A stretch of 63,234 nucleotides of DNA, filler included, from Reclinomonas americana ATCC 50394 (taxonomy: Eukaryota), in the NCBI GenBank assembly GCA_048213135.1. It is 18 parts of 18 records of this genome, joined end to end, with 100 filler letters (N's around TTAATTAATTAA, not from the genome) between each part and the next. Parts side by side here need not be neighbours in the genome. Positions count along the whole stretch, not along the records: positions 8,920 to 15,696 come from AFZH01023179.1; positions 15,797 to 18,345 come from AFZH01023181.1; positions 18,446 to 19,780 come from AFZH01023183.1; positions 19,881 to 25,627 come from AFZH01023184.1; 14 more parts are not named here. One strand, written 5' to 3'. A program made the position numbers and the translations under genes. The notes below the pieces were generated by a model, which did no database searches, was not told the DNA's origin, and worked only from the letters and a program-made list of their open reading frames with translations. Positions 12,301 through 21,101 of the stretch are shown here, in pieces. Numbering within the stretch: position 1 is the first letter of the stretch; every line of letters begins with the position of its first letter.

Positions 12301-13188
12301 TGCCTCTCGCTCCCTCTCGCTGCCTCTCGCTGCCTCTCGCTCCCTCTCGCTCCCTCTCGCTGCCTCTTTTTCTTCCTCTCGCTGTCTCCTCTCGCTTTCT
12401 CCTCTCGTTTCCTCTCGCTGCCTCTCGCCGTGTCTCTCTCTCTCTCTCTTGCTCTCTCTCGTACTTTCCCTCTCTCTCTCTCGCTTCCACCTCGCTCTTC
12501 TATTCTTTTGTCTCTCTCTCTCCTTCCTGCTTCTCACATGCACTGCCACAGACTCCGGCACCGAATTGTTCCAGGTGGTCGGCTCGATGGAGAGCGAGGA
12601 TCCGACAGTTTCGCTTCCGCACTTCCTAAAACACCCCTGCATTGTCACTCACCCTTTCCCACCACCGCAGGAGGTCTCGCGACGCATCATGGAGGAGCTG
12701 GCCGACGACCCCAGTGAGTTCACGGTTCGCATGCAGACTGTCAAGTTCGCCACGGACGAGGAGGAGCGAGCGGCGGTTGCTGCCGAGTGCTTTTTGCATT
12801 GTTGCGTGGGAAGTGTGTAAAGCGCACCAGCAACTCCTGGCATTGACTTCTTGATCGCACAGTTGACGCCACTCGTCGCATCCTCACCAAGCTGTTCGAC
12901 TCGCTCGTGCACTCCAAGACCTACGCTCCGCTGCTCGACACGTTGCGCGGACGTGTGGCCGACTTGCTGATGGTTTGTGGTGGTGGTGCTGCTGTTTCCC
13001 ATCACTCTCGCATTTGTCACTCACCTTTTGTCGTGCTGCTGCAGGCTCCACACCTGGTGGAGAGCTACATGCCGTTGATCGAGGCCAGAAAGGAGCAGCT
13101 GACGAGCCAGCTGGAGACCGTGTCGTCGGCCGTGGCCGACTTGGAGGAGGTGTTTGTCAAGTTTCACGGGTTGCATTCGTGGACGTGA
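9381..13188 (+). CDS. Dynamin-related protein of the DRP5A/Dlp class, multi-exon, 5'-truncated (GTPase G1-G3 not in the contig)
   Basis: RRFDPHL..SRTMIVLTKF (G4 region) and ENVRVKLYGSAAFERVLRELK, resembling plant DRP5A LRLYGGAAFERV; RLSHVL helix; coiled C-terminus ending FHGLHSWT-TGA. Confidence 0.75.
12030..12500 (+). repeat. (CTTCCTCTCG)n-type microsatellite in a dynamin intron
   Basis: Visible tandem 10-mer variants before the acceptor near 12550-12575. Confidence 0.85.
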
Positions 13189-13309
13189 GGGTTGTGGTGA
13201 AGCGGAAGAGAGAGTGTGTAAATAGTTCTTTTGGAGGAAAGGGGGAGCGGGCTGTTGGGTGAAGAAAGTTAGCGGGTTTATATGACGACTAGTCTCAGCT
13301 TCTTGTGGG

Positions 13310-13765
13310 GTGGGGACTTCAGTCTTCTACACTGAGAATGTCCGGCAGAACTGGATGGCAGCAGGAGAAGACCAGTTGGCACAGATGAAACCAGACACTG
13401 TGACTCGAGCAGGTGCACAGGTGACGAAGGTGCTGATTGTGGAGCTCACGGTGGGGAGCAACAAGGACGAAGAGGCACTGCAGAAGGCGTACGACCGCAA
13501 GTTGCAGAAGCTGGTGGAGAAGATCCGAACGCCCACTGGAACGCGTACGGTGGTTACGTACATCTCGATTGTTTTCACACAAGTTGGATCGTGTTCACAG
13601 ACCACCCGGGCGTCGTTGAAGAGGATGGGCATTGAGTGGTGGACAGGTGCTGCGTTCTATGCAATGTTCGCTTTCCGCTGTGCTGGTGGAAACCAGGCTC
13701 AAAACCAGAACCAAGCAAACAATCTCTCACCCGCAGCAGCTGCGCCGCAGCCTCAGGTCAATTAG
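13310..13765 (+). mobile_element. Remnant restriction-like endonuclease (PD-(D/E)xK) domain of an R2/R4/CRE-type non-LTR retrotransposon
   Basis: Intronless ORF MKPDTV..KVLIVELTV..EALQKAYDRKLQK..ISIVF..VG..SLKRMGI fits the RLE pattern KPD..I(D/E)xT..L..A...K..KY..V...G...L..LGI; the KY tyrosine appears deleted and no RT domain lies upstream. Confidence 0.6.
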
Positions 13766-14157
13766 AACCATCGCGTCGCTACAGCAGCACCCAGCTTCAT
13801 CGAGTTCTGCGTCTACGTATACGTAGGCCGCTGACACTATTTGCGCCACGAAATTCTTTTAAGGCCAACATGTGCTTGATTGCAGTTGGTTTTGCCTCCT
13901 GAAAGGGCGGATGACTGGAGAAGAGTAACTGTGTGCCTATATATTGCTGGTTTGTTATGTAGTTCGCGAGTTGTATCGTGGCTCGCGCGGATATCTCACT
14001 CTTTTTTTTCGCGGAAAGGTGAGCCATACCAACTCGCGGGTATTCCTCCTTTGCCTCTTCGCCGCGCACCCGCCGGTCTCTCTTCTCTCTTCTCCCTCAC
14101 ACGCACACACGCAACGCCATTCGCTTGCAGATATATCGAAGAGTACACCGGTACCGT

Positions 14158-14247
14158 ATGAAGTGCTTTTTCGTTGCATTGGTGTTTGCCGTGCTGGTGA
14201 TGCTTGTCGCGGCCGTGTCGACTGCAGAGGCCCGTCGCATGGTAAGC

Positions 14248-14283
<36 letters not shown>

Positions 14284-14645
14284 TCTCTCTCTCTCACTCT
14301 CTCTCACCCTCCGTCCACCAGACGCGTGATGAAGTGAAAGAGGTCTTGCGCGACCTTGATGAGCTCGGCTTCTTTGAGACCGAGGACGAGGACGACGAGC
14401 AGGAGGAGCAGGATGACGTGCTGTCGGAGAGCGAGAAGGACCCTCCGAGGCCAAAGGGCAACAACGTCAACAAAATGGTCAGCGACCTCGAGAAACGAAT
14501 CGCTGCGCAGGCGAACGAGAAGCCGATTGTGAAGAAGACCGACGGGACCACGCCGGCTACCGGCACGTCCGCGCCGACTGCCGACGCCCCCAAGCCAAAG
14601 CCGGTGGTGGTCAGCGACGAGGTCGACGAGGAGTTCGACTTTTGA
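14158..14645 (+). CDS. Small secreted acidic protein, two exons (14158-14241, 14322-14645)
   Basis: Signal peptide MKCFFVALVFAVLVMLVAAVSTAEA, GTAAGC..CCACCAG intron in frame, D/E-rich body ending DEEFDF-TGA. Confidence 0.8.
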
Positions 14646-14793
14646 TTGACTGTACGACAGAAAAGAAGTCTGTAAATGCGCGCGTTGCCGCAACCATATA
14701 CTATGTAGTCCTGCGTGTGCTGCGTATTGCTGACAGATCAGTCGCCCAGCGGAGCGCAGCAGTATCCGAGACGCATGCATGCGTTTCAAGCAC

Positions 14794-14931
14794 AAAACAC
14801 TTCATTCACCACATTCCAAACGCCCACAAATCCCTTGCCGACAATGACCTTGGCACACCAACAATATACCAACACATAATTACTTCTCCAACAGTCATCT
14901 TCCCTTTCAGGAGACAAAGCCAATCAAACGC
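14794..14931. repeat. Dispersed about 140-nt element, copy 1 (inverted relative to 44983-45135)
   Basis: Shared blocks AAAACACTTCATTCACCACATTCCAA, CCACAAATCCCTTGCCGAC, TGGCACACCAACAATA and CATCTTCCCTTTCAGGAGACAAAGCCAA. Confidence 0.85.
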
Positions 14932-14997
14932 GCGCGTGTTGGCCTCAAAAAGGAAATATATCGTTGCGCACCGGTACCGGTACCGGCACTGGTAACG

Positions 14998-15169
14998 CGT
15001 ACGACCTTCTCCTCAGCAACAGCAAGAGCAGCGGCTACAGGAACTCTGTCTCGTACGTACCAGAGCACCGACGGTGGGGCATTGGACAGTACGACGCAGA
15101 TCATGCATGATGGCCATGGGAAAGGGGAACTTCCAAGTCGCTGACTACGAAGTCTTTCTCGTTGAGTGA
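14998..15169 (+). pseudogene. Degraded 3' remnant of a TLDc gene
   Basis: YQSTDGGALDSTT and NFQVADYEVFLVE-TGA nearly identical to the two downstream copies, but frameshifted and without upstream exons. Confidence 0.8.
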
Positions 15170-15359
15170 ATGATCGATGATGGAGAGTCTCTCTATGCAG
15201 GAACAGCACCATCTATGGACCAGCGCCCATCTGCCGTTTGCTGCGGTCTCGACGTTCAGTGGACAACGCAGTGCAGTACACGATCAACCAATTTGTCAGT
15301 GTTGTGATAGGGATCAGTCATCGAACCTTTCATCACCGGGCGAAGGGAGCAAGGGTCGC

Positions 15360-15798
15360 ATGGGGTTTGAGGACATGCGCGAGGGCGAGGGCAGTGGCTC
15401 TGCTTCTGCTCCTCCCCCTGCCTCCGATGAACAGATTGTTCTCGAGCAGCAAGTGATGCGAGTGAGGAATGCACTCACTGGCGACAGCGAGGAACAATAC
15501 GTGTTTTGTGTGGTGCGCGCGGTGCATCGTCGTCGTCCGTCGGAAGTGGGAGAGGAGGAGGGGGATGTTAAGCCACCGCGTGTGTGGATGGAACAAGTGG
15601 TGCAAGAGTCGCGCGAGAAGGCGGACGATTATCTGTGTCCAGTGTGTTTGGTGAGTGTGTGTGTTGGCGGAGAGAGAGAGAGAGAGAGAGAGAGAGNNNN
15701 NNNNNNNNNNNNNNNNNNNNNNNNNNNNNNNNNNNNNNNNTTAATTAATTAANNNNNNNNNNNNNNNNNNNNNNNNNNNNNNNNNNNNNNNNNNNNCT

Positions 15799-15850
<52 letters not shown>

Positions 15851-17585
15851 TCTCTGCCCGTCTTGCCCTCCTCTCATTCCAGGTGTCTTCCCTCGTTCTC
15901 TTCGCCGCCTCTCAGTCTCTCATCTTCCTTCTCATCGTCCACTCACGCTGGATTAACAGACGGTGGGCGACTATTACCGCACGCATGCTCTGACGCAGTG
16001 CCCGTATGCCTGCGAGCGGTGTGGACAGCAGATGACACTGGATCGCACGGTGGAGCATGAGTGGAGTGGATGCTTGCGCGAGTGTCCACTAGGATGTGGA
16101 GCGAGGATGTCACTGAATGAGATGGTGGAGCACAGCTGGAGTGGGTGCATGCGCGCGTGTCCACGTGGATGTGAGCAGCGGTGTTCACTGGCGGAGATGC
16201 AGCGGCATCTGGGTGAGTGTGCTTGGTGGAGGAGAGAAGTGTGGCGAGACACTGACGTTGTATCCCTTCTTGTGACAGAAACGGAGTGCCTACTGCAGCA
16301 CACAGTGTGTCGTGGTGGTGAACTGGGGTGTGGGTGGCGTGGTATCATTGGCGAGAGGGAGGAGCATGAGCGAGTGTGTGATGTGTTGCGAGTGGAGCGA
16401 CCGCTGCGAGAGGTGAGTTTGGAGTAGTGGAACTATGGATTCATGCAGCTATGGTGACATGTGTTTGTGTACACAGCTGCATGGCCGAGTGCGAGAGCTG
16501 TCTCAGATGGTGGCACAGGAGAGGGAGGCAAGACAAGCTGCCGATGAGCGACTGGTCGATTGTGTGGGAATGCTCGTCGAGTGCCGCCAGCAACTGGCTG
16601 ATGAGCGACAGGCCAGACAAACTGTTGAGGAGCGATTGACTCGCGAGCAACAGGCTGCAAGTGAGCAACTTCGATCCGAGCGACGTATTCGCGAAGCTCT
16701 CGAGAGAGGTGTTGCTGAGGTCTGCGGTGTCTTTCTGCGGGTTATTTAAGATCATCGATCCTAATAATGCCACGTTGTCGACGCAGCTGCTTGATCGTCT
16801 CAAACCGCTGGAGTTGCATGTCAGGTCGATTCAGGAGCGAGAGGCGGCTGAACGTGAGCGGCTGGCCAGAGAGCAGGAGGAGCGAGAGCGGCAGGCCAGA
16901 GAGCGAGAGGAACGTGAGCGCGAGGCCAGGGAACGAGAGGAGCGGGAGCGGCTAGAGAGAAAGGTCAGCGATAGCGATCTGCTGAGTGCGGCGGATGGAC
17001 GAGTGGTGCTGCAATGGGTGCAGCAAGCGCGAGGAGGCGGGAGTGTGCCCAAGTTGACGCTGCTGTTCAAGGGCAGTCGAGATGGGTTTGCGGCAGCCGC
17101 ATTCCATCAGCGGTGTGACAACCGTGGGTGGGTGATTGAGGGAAAAGGATGAGGGTTGCTTGGTGTGCTCTGTGGCTGATGGGTGTGTGACTGCGTGCAG
17201 AGCGACACTGACAGTGGTCAAGTCGTCGACGGGGCGAGTGTGTGGCGGGTACACGCCTGTCGCGTGGCAATCAGGCAGTGCATATGCTGCCGATCCATCC
17301 GGCACAAGCTTCTTGTTCTCGGCATCGTGGAGTGGCGCAAACGCACGACGCTTTGCTCTGAGGACTGAGTACAAAAAATATGCCGTTCGTCACAATTCTG
17401 GATATGGACCAATCTTCGGACATGGCTACACCCTTATCTTGCAGGACAACTGCAACACCAACAGCAACAGCAACAGCAACCCTGCCTCGTACCAGAGCAC
17501 CGACGGCGGAGCATTGGACACGACGACACTGATGGGATCGAACACTTTCCAAGTGGCAGATTACGAAGTGTTCCTTGTTGAGTGA
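15360..17585 (+). CDS. Probable RING + TRAF-type zinc fingers + coiled coil + TLDc domain protein, multi-exon, spans spacer 15697-15796
   Basis: DDYLCPVCL (RING start; remainder in gap), TRAF-like H..QCPYACERC, CLRECPLGC, CPRGC, GCGWRG..EHERVC; E/R/Q coiled coil; TLDc LLFKGSRDGFAAAAFHQRCDNRGATLTVVKS..CGGYT..W..SFLFS..GPIFG..FQVADYEVF. Confidence 0.8.
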
Positions 17586-17840
17586 ATGAGCAATGCTGGA
17601 GAATGTCCTATCTGCAAGAACAGAACCTCCTTTGTGCGTTTGTTATGCTTCGACGTCTGTTCCGGAACAACAACAAGCAATGCATTCACCAACAAACAAG
17701 CAAACAGCTGCCTTGATGATAAAGTCCAACCATATCCAAAACATCAACACAAACACCAGCCTTGAGGAAGCAGCAGGTTTTCTTGCAGTATATCATGATA
17801 TCAGCAGGACGGCACATCCGACTACTTGCAAAGATTTGAA

Positions 17841-18445
17841 ATGCAAGAGGGTGCTGACTCTCCCTCTGCAGCCACTCCTCCTTCTCCTGCTGCTGATGAC
17901 AGTCAGATTGCGGTGTTATGTCGTGGTGGTGACCTGGGGTGCGAGTGGCGTGGAATCCGTGGAGAACAAGCAGTACATGAGCGAGTGTGCGATGTGCTGC
18001 GAGTGGAGCGACCACTGCGTGAGGTGAGTTTCAGATGATGCACAGTGATCATTCACACACGTTGATGTGTGTCACGCACAGCTGCACGGCCGAGTGCGAG
18101 AACTGTCTCAGATGATGGCCGAGAGCAGAGAGCAGCTAACTCGAGAGACAGAGGCGAGACAAGCTGTTGAGCAGCAACTGGCGACTGAGCGACAGGCGCG
18201 ACAAGCAACGGATGAGCGCCTTGCCATGTGCGCTGAGCAACAGGCATCGGAGCGGCGCATTCGCGAATCACTTGAACGAGTTGTCATCGAGGTCTGTGTA
18301 GTGTGGAGCATGCCAGTGCCTTGCCCGCTCTCCTTCTCATTCCCGNNNNNNNNNNNNNNNNNNNNNNNNNNNNNNNNNNNNNNNNNNNNTTAATTAATTA
18401 ANNNNNNNNNNNNNNNNNNNNNNNNNNNNNNNNNNNNNNNNNNNN

Positions 18446-18494
<49 letters not shown>

Positions 18495-18970
18495 GGCAAG
18501 CGTGAATGAGAGACTGACCTCGCACTCGAGAGCAGGGAGAGAAGGAGAGCTTGTCGAGATCGGCGACTGAAGTGGCTGTGCGCAGAGCAACGCTGACTGT
18601 TGTCAAGTCGTCGGCGGGACGAGTGTGTGGCGGTTACACGCCTGTCTCGTGGCATTTTTCAGATGGCTGTGGTGCTGATATCACGGGCACGAGTTTCTTA
18701 TTCTCGGCTTCGTGGAGTGGTGCAAGCGCGCGACTCTTTTCACTGAAGGACTTGCAGAAGCATCAGGCCGTGCTATTCAACTTTAGCTTTGGACCTGTTT
18801 TCGGAGGTGGGCCTGACCTTTACTTGGCTGACAACTCCAACAGCAATACCAGCAACTACAGCCACCCTCTATCCTACCAGAGCACCGACGGAGGAGCTTT
18901 CGATAGGACGACACTGATGGGATCGCCGAACTTCCAAGTCGTCGACTACGAAGTCTTCCTTGTTGAGTGA
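17841..18970 (+). CDS. Second, internally deleted paralog: one TRAF finger + coiled coil + TLDc, spans spacer 18346-18445
   Basis: N-terminus MQEGADSPSAATPPSPAADDSQI parallels copy 1 and joins directly to CRGGDLGCEWRG..HERVCDVLRVERPLRE; same intron positions; ends FQVVDYEVFLVE-TGA. Confidence 0.7.
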
Positions 18971-19070
18971 ATGAGCAATGTTGGAAACTTATCTTTCTGC
19001 ATCACCGGGCATGCTGTTGCAGTTGACTTGTTGGACTGTGGTGATATACTACCATTCGCAGATATTGATA

Positions 19071-19230
19071 CGGTTTCGAGGACGTGCAAAAGGGCGCGGA
19101 AAGAGCAGTGGATCTTCTGTTGCTGCTGCTGCTTCAGAGGACGGCAGTCAGATGGTGCGCGAGTCAGGCATGTACTCACTAGTGAATGTGTGGTGCGCGC
19201 GTGGTGGAGTCGAAGCGACTGCGTTTGTGG
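19071..19230 (+). pseudogene. Degenerate 5' remnant of a further TRAF-TLDc unit
   Basis: GGTTTCGAGGAC..CAGTGG..TCTG..CAGATGGT..ACTCACT..TGTGTGGTGCGCGCG aligns by eye with exon 1 of copy 1 (15362-15525); stops and frameshifts present. Confidence 0.5.
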
Positions 19231-19621
19231 CTGCACTGAAATTAAACGTGGCCAACGAGGTGGATTAGATCACATTGAATGCACTGGTGGTCACGGATTC
19301 GTAGCAGGCAAGTGCTTCATTGCTTCACTGAAAAGCAAGAGGCGCGCACGACAAAGCATACACGCACACACTGCTGCTGCTACCGCCGGCCTGGCTGCTT
19401 AGTAGAGCGTCGGGCCGTCCTGCGCAAGAAACAGAAGAGAGCGGTGAGGGCAGGTTGACAAGAATGCGTGTACACAACTGCCTGTTTCTCTCAGCACAGA
19501 CGTGCAATCAACTCACCTGCACACTCTGTCGTGCATCTCTCTCTCTTTCTATGTTTATGTCAGCAAAAGTGAACGTCATCAATCACGAGTCAATGCATAG
19601 CTGTTGCACTCTGTCGCACAC

Positions 19622-19694
<73 letters not shown>

Positions 19695-20104
19695 GCACAC
19701 ACTACTACGTACTCCGTCGTCGTCGTCGTACCGACCGTACCGGACGGTACGGTAGGTACGGTTAGGTTACGGTTAACGGGNNNNNNNNNNNNNNNNNNNN
19801 NNNNNNNNNNNNNNNNNNNNNNNNTTAATTAATTAANNNNNNNNNNNNNNNNNNNNNNNNNNNNNNNNNNNNNNNNNNNNGAGAGAGAGAGAGTGGAGGG
19901 GGGAAATGGAAGGGAGGCAAACGAGGTGTGCGGGTTGCAGTCACCGCCAGACTGCGTGGAATGAAGGTGAGGAGAAGGGTGGACAGGGGAAGGGGGAGCG
20001 CAGAAGAGTGAGCGATGAGAGAAGAACGACTACGACGGCGTGTCGTGTGCATGGCGAAAGACAAATGCAAGAGTGATGGAAGATAAAGGAGGACAAGGGT
20101 GGAG

Positions 20105-20135
<31 letters not shown>

Positions 20136-20951
20136 GGAGGGAGAGAGGAAGGGAGAGAGAGAGAGGGAAAAGACGGAGGAATAATGAACTCACTTTGCTG
20201 AGAATGAGCAAGTGTCAGAAGAAAGAGAAGAGCGGAGAGATAAGGAGGAGAACGAGAGAGAGAGAGAGAGGAGAGTCTGTGGAGAATGAGTGTTTTGATA
20301 ACGATGGTGTTAGATACATGAGCGATAAAGAAAGATAGACAAATGAGAGAATGAGTGAGAGCGTGCGATGTGGGCAAGCATGTGAGTGTGTGAGGGAGGA
20401 AGGGGAAAGAGAGAGCACAGTGTGTGCGTGCCTTGTTGTTTGTGAAAGAATGAGAGTCGGTGGAAAAATGTATTGTGTTTTTTCCTGTGCTTTTCTCTTT
20501 TGTTGTGTGGATGGTGAGTACGCACAGGAGCAGGCTCGCCAGGGAAGTAGTCCATTGTGTGTGCGTGTGAGATCAGTCAAAAAAACACAGTGACCCCCGC
20601 CGGGACATCGTGACATCAATGCGACAAGGAGTAACACGCGTTGGAGTGTGGCGTCGCGCTCGTTGTCACCGCATTGTTGCGCAAGAGACACCTCTTCTCT
20701 GCAGCAAGCGCGAGGAATTCTTTTGCATTCATTGCTCGACTTCGAACTTCGGAACCTCACTGCGAGGCTCGCAAAAGCCCAACGCGACATGCCATTGTCA
20801 CCGCGAGGTTTGCAGCTCCCTGGTAGACGTCAGTGCAAATGGGCAGCAGCAGTAAATGTCAACTTCGAAATTCTGCTCTTGCAAGCGCATGCTCTCTCTT
20901 ACTCTGACGCAATACCTCGTGCACTCACCTCTCTCTTTTTGTCTCACTCAC

Positions 20952-20991
<40 letters not shown>

Positions 20992-21101
20992 TGCATGTTG
21001 TCCTGCACCCTTTGATTTGTGTTGTCGCGCAAATGCCAAGTGGTTTGCCTCGTTCTCTTTTGCATTTGCTTGTTTGTTAAGCTCACCTTTCGTCTTTGCA
21101 G

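Noticed and set aside
14971..14986. Perfect palindrome CCGGTACCGGTACCGG
   Set aside because: A short tandem of a self-complementary hexamer with no further context.
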